NCBI GenBank assembly: GCA_013265495.1
Contig: MU058198.1
Span: 1,004,419 to 1,068,418, forward strand
Source of the DNA: Vicugna vicugna
Lineage: Eukaryota
Direction: 5' to 3'
DNA: 64,000 bases
A program made the translations under genes and the position numbers. Below are positions 13,145-26,259 of this stretch, one piece after another (within the stretch, counting starts at the first letter, position 1; every line of letters starts with the position of its first letter). The notes beneath the pieces were generated by a model that did not search any database, was not told the DNA's origin, and saw only the letters and a program-made list of their open reading frames with translations.

Positions 13145-14550
13145 CCGCGATGCGGGGACACACTGGAAGGAACTAAGGCTCCTTAGAGAAATGACTGACT
13201 CCTGGTCAGGGGCAGGAAATGTAAATGATGAATCGATGAATCTGGAATATTTATCCTATCGGGAAGCAGGGAAGTTGCCTGACTGGGGTCTGCCAGAGGA
13301 CTCAGGTGCCAGCTTGAAGGGGCTCCCACTGGCCAAAGTTGGAATAACTGAGCAACAAAAGGAATATAATGGCAGGGGACTGAAAACATTTCTATTATGT
13401 TTTGTTTCAGGAGTTAAAGATGGTCCCACCACCAACAAAACTCACAGGCTTCCCTTGGAGGACGCTGGTTTCTGAATGCGTTATTTTGAAAACTGATAAA
13501 TAAAGGAAACAAAGCAAGCATTCTACTTTCTCTATACAAACTGTCATGATAACCTTGCAAATGAAAGATGACTTTATCTTTGTCAATATTCCAGCTAATA
13601 ATAAATGAAGAAGGAATGATCGCAGTTCACCATTGTTAATGCTAAATGAAATAAAAGATTTAGGAAGTGGTTGTGGATGGCTGCTGGTAGCCAACAAAAA
13701 AAGCACACAGGAATCGTGGCCTTCTGAGAGAAGAGAGCTCCATGACCCCAAAACGGGTGATAATAGAGCCTGAGTCGGATCAAGCCTCTAGATCTAACTG
13801 CTAATTTCCAGGATAAACACAAGGCACAGAGGAGCAGGGTAAGTTAAACCATGGGCTATAACCAGTAAAATTCAGACTGTGGGAAACTCTACGGGACCCG
13901 ATGTCTTAAATAAATAAATTGCGAAGGAGAAACAAAGAGAAGGGAAGCCTATTATTGAAGGAGGCTTGTAAGACATATTAACCACTTGCAAGGTATGGGC
14001 CTTATTTCAGTCCAGAATTTAACAAATGAATATCATTAAAATGTTTGTGAGATAATCAGACAACTTTGGAACTGGACTTGGCATTGAGTGATATTGAGGA
14101 ATTCCTTAGAAACTTTCAAGTGTGATCATAGTTTTGTAGCTATACATGTATATTTCCCAATCAAGGGCAATCTGGCTCCCTAGGGGACATCTCACAATGT
14201 CTGGGGACATATTTGGCTGTCACAGCTTGGGGGCGGGGTGAGTACTGGCATCTAGTGTGTAGCGGCAAGAAGGCAGCTGACCATCCTGTTGTGCACAGGA
14301 CAGCGTCCACAGCGAAGAGCCGTCTGGTCGAAGATGACGATAATGCTGAGGTTGGGAAACTCTTCTAGAGATACATGTTGACACAGTTGCACATCAGATG
14401 ACAGGGTGAAGCTGTTTGCTTCAATATTATTGGGGGGAGGGGTGGTGGAGTAGAGGGTGGAAATGCAGATGAAACAAGATGGGCCATGAGTTAAGAATTA
14501 TTTAAGTTGATGCAGGGAATTCATTATACTATTCTATCCACTTAAGTGTA
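13145..14550 (+). mobile_element. L1MC/MD-like 3' region, interrupted by MER20
   Basis: 'ggctccttagagaaatgactgactcc...ggcaggaaatgta', 'atcaagcctctagatctaac', 'gatgaaacaagatgggccatgagtt...ttcattatactattct'. Confidence 0.75.
14148..14366. mobile_element. MER20 (hAT-Charlie)
   Basis: 'ccctaggggacat...caatgtctggggacatatttggctgtcaca...tactggcatctagtg...tgctgaggttgggaaact'. Confidence 0.85.
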
Positions 14551-14551
14551 T

Positions 14552-14640
14552 GTCTATCTACCATCTGTCTATCTATCTACTATCTATCTAATCTATTTAC
14601 TATCTATCTATCTATTTATCTATCTACTGTCTGTCTATCA
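14552..14640. repeat. (TCTA)n imperfect microsatellite
   Basis: Directly visible tctatcta tandem units. Confidence 0.9.
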
Positions 14641-14719
14641 TATATCTGTGCATGTGTTTCTGTGTGTATATAATATAAGTATGTAAATTTCCACAGCAAA
14701 AGCTCACACACACGATGCA

Positions 14720-15040
14720 GGCATAGTGGAGACAGCATTCTGGCAGCAGTGCCCCCAGCAGCACGCGGTGCTCCAGGGCCAGCAGGGGAGGGGAGCCAGC
14801 TCAGACATTTGGTTTTCTGGAGCAGCAGCAGTGGCATCCTCACCCGGCTTGGTCTGTAGCATGATTTTGGCTGCGTCTGGCTTTCTAGTCTCTCCTTGTT
14901 ATGGCTTTTTTTTTTTTTTTAAGTCTTGTCCTTTGGGCCTCCTGGAGATTCTATGAGTCTTCTGATATCCTTTCCATAAACTCTCTTTCTGTTTAAATCA
15001 GCCAAATCAGTTTCTGTGCAACCCAAAATTTCTAATACAA
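14720..15040 (+). mobile_element. ERVL LTR fragment (LTR33-like)
   Basis: End 'ataaactctctttctgtttaaatcagccaaatcagtttctgtgcaaccc'. Confidence 0.5.
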
Positions 15041-15844
15041 GGAAAGAAGGAAGCAGATGCATAGAGAGAAGCTGTTATGACAGGTCATGGGAGGAGAGAG
15101 ACAGAGAGACAGAGAGCAGGAGAGAGAGAAAAAAAAATATATATAAAATTACATTTCCAATATAATATAATATATATTACATTTGAGGAAAAGATCCCAC
15201 GATTTCTATCTTTCCTGTTCTTAATTCCTATCCCTCTTGAGACCAAAGTTTAATTCCTGTTCTTGAGTTCCAGGAGACACTCCTGTTTTTGTCTTTGTTT
15301 TGTAATAAACTGCTCTTTCCATGTAAGCAGATACAAGTGGCCTTCTGCCACCTACAACCCAAAGCATCTCCGTGTCGGCTCGCTGACCACACGCTCACTG
15401 AACCACCTTTGTGCTACGTCTGATTTCACTCACTCCAGGGCAACTGTTCCAGAAATATTTGTTTAACGAATAAATGATTACAATTTGGCTCCAGACAAGG
15501 AATGAATGTGCTGTTCATGCCAGAAGAAGCATTCTGGCCCTCTTGACGCTCCTAATCATCTTTGTAAACGAGGACATTTACTATACGTTCATTCTGGTAT
15601 ATGGGCCTGTCTCTTGTGGGTTTTGCCAGCATGTGTCAGTCTCCCTCGAGGATGCTGAGTCCTTGTGCCTGTGAGGCACAAGGGATGAATGAATCCACCA
15701 AGACAAGGTTATCCAGCAGGGCCCCTTGAGAGGCAGCTCCATCCCGTTCTGGAGATAGTTGCATACTGATGGACGCAGCCCATTCAAACTTCATTGATTA
15801 ATGTGGCATATAGGAAGAATTTACTGGCAGAGTAGGCTAGATTT

Positions 15845-15990
15845 TTAGAGAACAAACTTTGAGTCAAACAGACTTGGGTTATAACCCTAATTCTGCCACT
15901 TGCTAGTGCGTTACCTCCGGCAAGTTATTTGACCTTCCTGTGCCTCAGTTTCCTCATCTGTTAAATGGGCTATTTTAAGGATTAACTGAA
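15845..15990 (+). mobile_element. MIR SINE
   Basis: 'cagacttgggtt...ctgccacttgctag...tgtgcctcagtttcctcatctgttaaatggg'. Confidence 0.8.
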
Positions 15991-18021
15991 TATATATATT
16001 CAGGACTCTTGTAGGTGGCTGCTGATGTGTTGTAAGTATATTCAAGCATACTAACAACAATAAGAAAACAAGAGCAACAATAATATCAGCGAGTGGCTAC
16101 ACATATTGCCTGTCATATGTGTGCCTCCCCTTACCTTTCACAACAATGCTGAGTGGTAAGCATGATTATACCCATTTTACAGATGAGGCTTGGAAGGGTC
16201 AACAACTCACCAGAAGACATATCGCTGGAGAGTGGTGGAGCGGGGATGGGCACCGACTGCTGCTCCCATCCTCTGCCTCCCCTGAACTCTCCTTCTCTCT
16301 TAGTGCTCCATCATCAGGGCGCTGAGTCAGGAATCAGCCTGGGCATCTCTGACTCCTGCAGTGTCAGATGAGAAAGAAAAAGAGGAAGAAAAAGAAAATG
16401 ATTCCCTTTAGAGAAGAAACAGTCAGGAAATGAAAGGCCACACTTGAAAGATTATGAATTTAATGTTTATGCCTTTTCCTCTTGTCCCTCAAGTTTCATT
16501 TAGCATCCTGCTGTCGAAGCTGACAATTTATGAGAATCTCGAGCGAGTAACTGCTCAAACCTCCCTGCGGCTCTAGTCATGGCAGGCAATTCATCCAAAA
16601 GACTGTGGGGCTTTTAGGGTAAAATACTTTTCTAATATTTTTTTCCCTTCTGCTCATGCTTTTCCCAAAGGGTGACAAATGATAGTTGTTTGCCAAGAAA
16701 GTGCTGTCCACAGTCTTGAATGAGACTGTCCTTACACCTCAAGTCACTCTCCAAGAGAAGGGATGTGATCAGTCCCCTTGTCACCCATTCCCCAGCTTGA
16801 ACCTGAGTCACTGTCACTCCAGGGACCAGCCTAGACTTCTTGCTTCCTTGGGCTCTGTGTCCCTCTCTCTCTCCCTTGGCCACAGGAGAGAAAAATCACC
16901 ACTTTTCTTTGTTCCTTATAAAGCATCAAGGCTAGATTTTCTGGAGGGGGAAAAGCCTTAGGTAGAGGTAAGGATGGTATGAAAAGTATACACTTGTAAA
17001 AGTATATAATTGCCTAAGGGGACATTGGCAAGGAGGATTTTGGCCCAGGAATAGACCCCTCCCTGCAACAATGGGGGCGTTCGGGGCATTTGCAAGTCTT
17101 GTCTTCTGTAATCGTCCAGCCACTCATGAGGGAGGCACGTTATTAGCTCGCTGTAATGAAGTATGAGTTGAGTTTCAGAGAGGGGAGGTGACTTGCCGAA
17201 GGCCACACTACCAGGTTGGTGCTTGAGGAAAGGACATTCTAGGAAACAGTGTGAGTAAAAGTGAAGTGAGGACGAGCCTGTGACAGCTGCAAGTCACTGG
17301 GCTCGGCTGGAGGGCCAGGGAAGGGTGAGGCAGTGGCCAGAGATGAGTTCGGGAAGGACTTTGGATGCTCCGACCTGAAAGACAGTGGGAGCCCCTGAGG
17401 GATATTTAAGCTGAGAGCGACATCTTCTAATGGGCACTAATTAACACATTGCATAAATTAATTAATTTCTGAGATTATTTCAGAGGGTAGGCTGGAGGAG
17501 GAGTCCAGCTGAGGAAGATCTTGTCTCACAGACTATGGCAGACAACGCAGCAGGTTGGAAGCAGAACATGGTAAGGTCTGGGTCCTAAGGAAGACGCCGC
17601 CCAGTGGGGAGGAGGAGGCCTGCACAGGAGGCAGGATGGTGTGGTACAAGCCTTGTCTGCATGGAGCATCCAGCTGGACCACCTGGTCACCAGATATCCA
17701 AGCATCCGGTGCCAAGTCTCACAAGCGTGGAGCAGTGAGTCAGACTGGATCAACAGATTCCTTCAATTCTGTCTTGGTCAATAGCACCTCCTGTGTTAGC
17801 TTCCTGAATTCCTGCTTTATTCCTACTCCTCTCTGTTTCCCAAGAAATATGTACGTGCGTTCGTGTGTGCACATGTGTATGTACGTTCGTGTGTGTCTGT
17901 GTGTGTTTGAACAGAGGACCAACATCATAGTCACTGAACCAGGGGAGAAACCTTGTCTTTATTTGTCTTACCCGAGCCAGATTTCATCAGCTCTCAAAAA
18001 TTATTTCAGCACAGTCTTTGT

Positions 18022-18215
18022 CCTTAGGCAGATGTGAATTCAAGTCCGAGCCCTGCCACTTCACTGTGTGACCTTTAGCAGATATCTTATCTCTGTGTAC
18101 CTCAGTTTCCTCATCTGTAAAATGGGAATTATTATGCTGTCTTCTTCGTAAGGTTGTTGTAAGGATGAGGTAATGCATATTCATACATTTATCTCAGAAC
18201 ACAGTGTGGAGCAAG
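18022..18215 (+). mobile_element. MIR SINE
   Basis: 'ctgccacttcactgtgtgacctt...cctcagtttcctcatctgtaaaatgggaatta'. Confidence 0.85.
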
Positions 18216-19244
18216 TTTGTAATGAGCATATACACTCTTTCTTGCCTTATTATTTGCAGCCTTATTCCCAGGTATGACAGCTTTGGTTCACACCTTGACA
18301 TAATCCCAAAGTCTTGCAAGCCATTTGTTTCCCACGCAGATCTCAACAAATACGAGAAAGACCAAGAGTATAACCGCATAGGCCTGAACTTGTCCTCAGG
18401 GGTCCAGAGCGTTTGATTCCCAGGCATAGTCCAAGGACCCCCATGGGGGTGCAGCCCATGTGGAGCCGGCTCAGTAGCCTCTGGGGACTCAGTGCCTCAT
18501 GACTCTTCTTTCTCGTCATCAGAGGCCCACGGCTGAATTTCCCAGCAGGGGTCATTAATCAAGCCAGCCACTGATGCCACAAACAACGCGGCTAATGCTA
18601 TTCGTCAGGCATCTAGGACAAGTATGGCTCTCGGTTGTCTCCTGGGTCCCAACCCACTGGAGGAGAAGGAGAAAGGGAAGCAAACTCCTGCCTTTCTACC
18701 GAGGTGTCATTGTTAGAGGCAGATCATAGATTAGCTTCAAACCTCACTCGATCAGAAGCACAGTCCTTGCTTCCTTCCACCCTGTCCTTCTGCCAAATAG
18801 CAGCAAGTGTTGACCTACTGGGCCGTGTTTGGTGGGGCTGAGGGGGAGGAAAGGGGGCGGGAACCAGCGTGTTGTCCACGTCCTCTCACACGTTTACCAT
18901 CGGTTACTTCCAGGTTTCACCAAATGTTCCCAACCGCCCTGCCACACAGGTACTGTCATTCTCATTTGCACTTTAATTTTAAGTGGATACATGAAAGCTC
19001 AGACAAGGGAAGTTAAGTGTGCCAAAACACACAGTTAGTGAGAGATGCAAATGGTGCTATATTGTACTTCTTCCTTTTGGTTGTCACAGTTGTTCTGCGA
19101 TTCCATTTTAACAGATGAGGAAACTGAGGCTAGACAGCGTTGGATAATTTACTCAAGAACCCACAGCAAAAGAAATGGTAGAAGTGGGTTTTGAATTTTA
19201 GGTCTATGATCCTAAGCCCTAAGCTACTTCCACTGTGTGATCTA

Positions 19245-19412
19245 CAGCCTTGCTACTCAAAGTGTGATCCATGAACCAGCAGCATCAGCCATCGCCCGAC
19301 ACTTGTTAAAAAAGTCGCCTCTTAGGACCCAGTTAGATTTACTGAATCAGAGCCTGCATTTGCACACAATCTCCAGGGGGTTGTGGGAACCCTGAGATTT
19401 GAGAAGCCATGG
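19245..19412. mobile_element. MER5A (hAT-Charlie)
   Basis: 'ctactcaaagtgtgatccatgaaccagcagcatcagc...actgaatcagagcctgcattt...tttgagaagcc'. Confidence 0.8.
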
Positions 19413-19464
19413 TCTGCGCAGTCCATCTTTGCTGTGGAAATACACTCACTAAGGGAAGAGGCAC

Positions 19465-20255
19465 TGTGACAGTGAGTCTCCAAAGATGTCCCCAATGACC
19501 CATCCCCTCCCTCCCTGCACATGACACTCTTTCCATCGAGGGGTGGAACTAGTTTTCCTTGATCATGCACTGATCTTATGACTGGCTTTAGCCACTAGAA
19601 TGTACCAGAAATGTTGTTCTTGGCTTTCCGAGCAGTTTCCATGTCTTGCCTCTTGGAACCCAGCCACCTTGCTCAAGCTACATGAAGACACATGGGTAAG
19701 AATTGGAGTTCTGGCTGATAGACTTCATCTGAGCATCCAGCTGACCCCAACTGCCAGCCCCATGAGCAAACCATCTTGGATCCTCCATCCCATTTGAGCC
19801 CTGAGGCAACCAACTCCCCACAGAGCAGAAGGCTCACCCAGAGGAACCTAGTCAACCCACAGGATCAGGAGAGATAATAAAAAGTTTGTTGATTTGTGCC
19901 ACTCAATCTCAGGTGGTTTCTAATGCAGTGATACATCGCTGAAAGAGAAACTGGTACCCAGAAGCAGGGCCCTGCCGTAACATAAACCTAAAACGTGTGG
20001 CAATGGACTTGAAACCAGGCAGCAGGTGAAGGCTTGAAGCACCTCCAGGAGACTCTTAACGGAGGTTGGAAGGACAGTGAGGAAACTGCTATTGGAGGCA
20101 GGAGAAAATGGGACTCGAATAATGAACGGCCGGAACAATTAGCCAAGTGTCACCTGTTCTGACCTGGAGATGGAAATGGTAGCTAATGAACCTGTCGATC
20201 TGGTTAAGGACATTTCCAGGTAGAGTGTTGAAAGTGCCAACTGATTTTGATTAGC
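19465..20255 (+). mobile_element. MLT1 LTR (about 19465-19945) plus adjoining MLT1 internal sequence
   Basis: LTR start 'tgtgacag...ctccaaagatgtcccc' and 'gataataaa...gccact'; then 'aactggtacccagaag...taacataaacctaaaacgtgtggcaatggacttg', typical of the MaLR internal start. Confidence 0.75.
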
Positions 20256-20474
20256 TCAGAGCTAATTATCTTTATTCATTAAAATTCAATCGAAATTAAA
20301 AATCCAGTTCCCCGGTTGCACTAGGTGTATTTCAAGTGCTCACATGCGGCCGCCCCTTTGGAGAGTGCAGGACATCCTAGCGCGGTTTAACTTTCTGTTG
20401 AACTGCCCTCACCAAGTACTAGTAGGGAACTTTCAGGCCGTGGAGGATATTCCCAAAAGGTTAAACCGAGAGAC

Positions 20475-20630
20475 TGCCACTCAAAGTGCGGTGAGCATCC
20501 CCTGAGAGCTTGTTAGAAAAGAAAGTTCTCAGACTCTGCTCCAGACCTCCTGAATCAGAATCCCAGGGTGGGCAGAAATCTGTTTTGACAAGCCTTGCAG
20601 ATGACTCTTACACAAGTTTAATAAGCACTA
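20475..20630. mobile_element. MER5A (hAT-Charlie)
   Basis: 'ctcaaagtgcgg...gagcttgttagaaa...ccagacctcctgaatcagaatc...tgttttgacaagcc'. Confidence 0.75.
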
Positions 20631-22330
20631 AAAAGAGTTGAATGAAGGGATATACTATAGAGCTGAGGGCAGGTTTAGAAGAAGCAGCAAAGGACAGGGA
20701 ATCATCAGGGACTAGCAGAAGGGAAACCCAACAGTATTAATGGGACCTCAGGAGCCCTGGAGATGTGGAAGAGAGGGACACAGCTGGTCCAGAGCTGGCA
20801 CAAGGCAAGAAGGGGTAGAGGGAAGGCAACAGATATCCTCACCCCTTTCTCCTCTGCCCTCTATATTTTAACTGAAGTCCCTGTTGGCTCCCACCAACCA
20901 AAAGCCAGAGGGCAAAGGAGCCTCCTCTGCACAGAACAGGGCAGAGGCTGGAAGAGAATGGATCCGGGCAAATAAAATTGAACCAGCACACAGGAGTTTT
21001 AATGTGCTAGTTATATTAAAAAAAAGTACACATTTGATCTACTAATGCATAACTATTAAACACTAAAAAGACGTTAGTACTCTTGGAAATCATCTTATTT
21101 ACAGCATCTTGGGGGAAAGTGTGCTGTCAGCAATGAGGTCTCTCCATACAGTTTTAAGGAGGAAAACAACCACTGCTATATTTCCTTCCACTATATTTTC
21201 CCCTCCTTTCCCTTCCTCTCTCCTTCTCTCCCTCTCCAGGTCTTTCTTCCCTCCCCTCTCTCCCTCTCTATCTTTATATTATGTAACAACATTATAGTAA
21301 ATAAAGTATCATATCTTGTCTTTTTCATTTAGCATTACTTTTTGAGAATTTCCTTGTGCCATTAAGGATTCTCTGAAAACATGCTTTTTTTTTTTTTTTG
21401 TGGCTGTGCAGATGGTTTAAAGATGATTGTTATTGTAAAGCTGTCTCAAATCCTTTTGGGAAGTAGGTGGTGTATAATGCATAAATTATAAATGAAAAGC
21501 AAGTTGTTCTTAATTTTACCCTGCCCTCTAAAGTGCACTAGCTCTTTGTGGGTCTGTTTCTCCAAAGCCACAGAGACTGAAGGGATAATGACAATGACCA
21601 AAAAGGAGCCACGATGTGGAAGAGTGTTGAACTCGGGGTTCACACTCAGGGTTTGTGCCTGTGCAAGCTTATACAAATCTCATCTGGGAATCAGGGGCTT
21701 GGACCAACCATGATGCCACTCTCTGTCCCCCACCTTTCCATTCCTTCAGGCCACCTCCTAAAGAGTCCTCCCAGCATCTCCTCCATCTCTTTGCCCGAGT
21801 TCTAATTCTCTTTCTCATCCCTGTCCCACCCAGTGGTCTGTGACTTCCCTCTGCACCTCACGGACTAAGTAGCAATAACTACTTTTCCTGTTTTCACAGC
21901 GTTTAATGGCTCCTAATGCACTCTGCTGCGTGCCACCTGCTTATTTCCACGGTGCTTCCTGGAGGTAGGGCTAACGCCTTCGTTTTAGTCATTTGCTCAA
22001 GCCATACCATTTACTGAGCGCCCACCCGCGGCGGGACTTGGGGCAAGCGATGAACAGGCAGAGATAGTTCCTGCTCTCCTCCATCCCAAAATCTGGGAGG
22101 GGAGACAGACATGAGACCTAAAATAGGATGAATATTTCCTAAAATTACAGTTATCCTAGGCGCTATGGAGGGGAAACAGGTACCACTTCTCCGGCGATGC
22201 CACATCTCAACAGAGTTAGTCTCCTTTTATCCTCGCATCAACGTTCTGATGTGAGGAGTACATACATACATATGATAGAGACATATGGCTTTTTCTATCT
22301 TATGTATGTATATACATAGATAGGCATACA

Positions 22331-22442
22331 CAGTTGTCCCTCGGTATCCATGGGTGATTGGTTCCAGAACCCCTGCAGGCACCCAAATCCATGGATAATC
22401 AAGTCTCTTAGTCAGCGCTCCGAGGATATGGAGGGTCAAGTG
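22331..22442. mobile_element. Short Tigger-family MITE (MER2-like)
   Basis: Terminal inverted repeats (TIRs) cagttgtccctcggtatcc / ggatatggagggtcaagtg, in a TA/CA-rich context. Confidence 0.75.
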
Positions 22443-23679
22443 TATGCACATGTAAATATAAGGTGTATATACAATGTAAATATTACACATACTGTACTGT
22501 GTCATATGTTTCGTGTTTGCATATTTATTTCTATTCTTTACATATTTGTATGCAGATGAGGATGAGAAAGCTGCATCCCAGTATAACCAGGTGATTTGCC
22601 CAAGGTCTTGTAGCTCATATGTGAACGAATTTGGGATTAGAGTCCAGGTGTCTGTTTCCAGAGCTGGCACTGCTTTGCCTCCAGCCCTGACACCCCCCAC
22701 CCCACCCCAGCCCCTGCCCCCATGACCAGAAGATGAGAAAAGTCCTTCCAGGATTAATGAGAGAAGAGCACTGCCCCTGCTCTCTCACCAGGCACCAATG
22801 TGCACACACTGTCCCTGTGTTACAGCATTAATTCGTTAATTGAGAAAAACTCGACCCCAGAGCACCTGGCGGTCCGGTTGGCATTATTGCGCCCATCACT
22901 CAACATCCGGTTCAGCAACTGCCTCCCCCCTCACACACAGCAGAAGAAAGCAGGTTTTCCTTTCCATATTGTGATCTGCAGCAAAGCTTGGCCCAGCGAA
23001 TACTAGATTTGCAATTTCTCCAGCCCTGGGATGGGTGACATGCAGGTCATGGGATACAGAAAGACAGGAATTCCCTTCTCCCTGAAGGAAGAGTCCAGAC
23101 ATATAAGCAGAGAGGAAGAAACACCCCCTCTTTGAAGCATTGTCTAGGTTTGGTCTTCTCTATGGTTGGGTTAAAAGGCTTGGCCGGTGGTCAACTGGAG
23201 TAGAGTTCTCGTCCTTGGGGCAGGAACAGAAGTATTAAGTAGGCAATTCTGCTTCTACTTCCTAGAGTTCCCTCCTAACACAATTTTGGGTGTTTGCCTG
23301 GAACCAGGGGGATGGATGGTTCAGCCCTTGCCCACCAGAATTCTTTGACATGGGATCATGACAACTCATCTGTTAAGTGAAGTCTCCTTGCACTACAGAG
23401 GATGAAAATTCTCTGTTCCAATGACCATCAGACTATCCCCAACGATGTGGTCCAACATAGCTTCCTGGTGATCATAGCTCGTCCCAAATGGAAACCATAC
23501 AGCTCCTCTCTAGTTAACTCCCCTTCACCTTATAGAGTTCAAGAAGTTAAAGTCTTCAGTTCTCCCCTTCCCAATTTTAAACCTTGCTTTGTTTTAGTCT
23601 GAGTAGCTTCATTCAACTGTGTGACTAATAACAGCGGAAAAGGTAGTACTAGACGTGGGAGTGGCAATCATCACTGTCT

Positions 23680-23890
23680 TGTGTTGATCACTTACTGTGG
23701 CTCAAGAACTGTTCGAAGCACTTTCAACACAAATTTATTTAGCGCTCACAACCACCCTGTGAGGTTGGTGGTCTTATTGCCTTATTCCCATTTTATAGAT
23801 AAGGAAATTGAGGTACAGCGGGGTGAAGTGATTTAGCCAAGATCACGTGGCAGGTGTCTCCCGAATCCATACTATTAACCACTCAGTTAT
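23680..23890 (-). mobile_element. MIR SINE
   Basis: 'ctcacaaccaccctgtgagg...cccattttatagataaggaaattgaggtacag'. Confidence 0.8.
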
Positions 23891-24632
23891 TTGTCTCTGC
23901 ACCTTTGGGGGTCATTTAAAGGTTCAGTGTTTTCTCAGGGAAGGTAAAGATACAGGAAACAGAGGGGAAAAAAGAACAATCTTGACAGCGAATGCTTTAT
24001 TGGGATGCTAGACATTGCATACCAGTTGTGTGGAATTTGAGAACCATGAATTTAAACTCAGTTGGCAAAGATCTCCCATGGACAGGTCATGAGCCTCTCT
24101 GCTTCTTATTCTGGAGAAGAAGCCACGGCTTTGTTGTAACGCGCCTCCTCTTTCACAGAGTGGGACTTGTCTAAGTAATTCACGCTGGTCTTCCTGCCTC
24201 ATTTGGATGCTTTCTGAGATGGCATCCAGTCTCCAGGTTTTGCTGGAGGATTTCTTCCCTCCTTAAGAATCCTTCCTAAACATATAAAGGCTTTGATACC
24301 CATTTCTCTTTGGGTCTGTTGAGGGCAAAGCCCCCCGCCTCCTCTCGGTCACCTCTCAGTACCTCATACTGAACAACTCTCTAAGCAATATTTGATGCCC
24401 CGTGTTCTCCAAGAGCACCATTGTCTGCACTTGTCTCTAGTTTTCCATCTTCAGCTGTGTCCCAGAGATTCAGGTCAATTCAGGGAAAATCAATTGCTGA
24501 GTGAGAAATTTCATAACCTGGCATTCAGGGAATTGGCTCTTGTGGAATTGGTGTTTGGTGTACTGGTTTGTCTGTGTACTGGCTTGATCCATGTCTTATA
24601 GTCCGTTAATCCTTGGTCTTTCTTCCTTGGAA

Positions 24633-24755
24633 AGAAGGAAAGAAAGAGAGAAATAGAAAGAGAGAGAGAGAGAGAATGAAATGAAGAAAGGAAGGAAGGA
24701 AGGATAGATGGAAGGAAGAAAGGAAAGAAGGAAGGAAGGAAGGAAGGTAGGAAGG
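24633..24755. repeat. GA/GGAA-rich simple repeat
   Basis: Directly visible. Confidence 0.9.
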
Positions 24756-26259
24756 ACCATCAGTCCTGAGGTAAGATTAATTAAGCGATTTATTGACAAA
24801 TGCTTAGCTCCAATTTAAAAAGAAAAGGGTGCAGTGTGAACACATCGAATTCCCTGACACATCAAAAATCTCAGTTCCTGTGTTCAGAAAAACCTTCTCT
24901 CTGTGTTCATTCCTTCTTTCTCTTTTGCTTTGCCATCCTCCATATCCAACTGCAAGACCAAAATCTGCTTCTAAAAGTGATCCCTGAGTTTCTGAGCAAA
25001 ACTGGTCCCTGACACATGCCTTTAGATCCTTGAATTTTTCTTCCATCACAACTCAAGAGACTCAAGTGTCTATAAACTCTTTTGCAAAGAAGTGGACACC
25101 GTAAAGACTCGATGACGATGATGACAATGACAATGACATCAAATTATACTAAACAACTATTTATTGAACTCCAGTCATGTGCTGGGCTGCACACTCAGCT
25201 CGGTGGTTGTGCAATTGAGTAATAATCAGAGTTAATTTTTACTGAGTCCTTAGTACATGCCAAGCACTGCTCTCATGCCTTATGTGGCTTAACTCAATGT
25301 CACAAGCATCCTGTAAGGAGCCACTACAGTGTCACCCCAGGGTATGAGGCACAGTCATATGGCTAGCAAGTGGGAGAGCAGTTTTTCCCACAGGTCCCTG
25401 CAGTCCCCTCCCAGGTCTGCCAGAGCCTGTGGTCTTACCCGGGGCAGCAGCTTGGGTGGTCGGGCTGAAAAATGAGGAGCGTGGGGAGCCATGGCGAAAG
25501 GGGGGCTGTCTACATCTTCTTCTCAGAATCACCACATCTGAAGTAGGTACTGAGACGTCACTAAACTGAACTGTGCCTCCCCAGATTCCACTTGCTCAGC
25601 CTCCATCAATAACTTTACAAGCCAAACAGCGGAGCCGTGAAGGGGGTGGCTGGTTGCCACTGCTGCACCATCTGTTTTTCTCCGTTAAGCTTACATGTGT
25701 CTCCCTGGGAAACTCAAGAAGGACTTCGTGTTACCTGTTCGCCTGCCCAGTCTCTGGGCAGAGCTGGAAGTCGGGCCCTAGAAACCTCATCCAATGGTTG
25801 CTGGGGACACTGACAGTCCCATCCACACGTCAAGGCCATACCTCGCTCTGCACCTCTTCCAGCATGGTGGCCGGGACGGCATCTCTGCTTCTCTGGGCCT
25901 CCCCCATCCTTCAGTGCGCAAGCCAGGTGTTCAGTACTCCTGCCTCTTTAAATAGCCCCAGGTGAAACACCCTGCAGGCACTTCGGCCTCAGGATTCCTC
26001 CAGACCAACTTTTGCTCATCCTGTCTGACCAATCCTAATCCCTTGTTCTTGGCCCCGTTTCCAGCCTTAACCTGACTCAGTCTGTGCACCTCCAGGGGGT
26101 GAAGAGATCCATTCATTCTCCTTCCTCCACCCTCCAAACACCTCTCTGGGCGTCAGGAGGGAGACCTCACTCTCCGACAGCTCTCTCCCCACCCTCTCGG
26201 TTAAAGGCAGCTCCCTCCCTGTGGATAGATGTTTAGACCAAATGCCTTTGTGCTCTCCT

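Noticed and set aside
15474..15674. Short hydrophobic, membrane-like ORF
   Set aside because: Consistent with chance translation of T-rich DNA; no exon structure.
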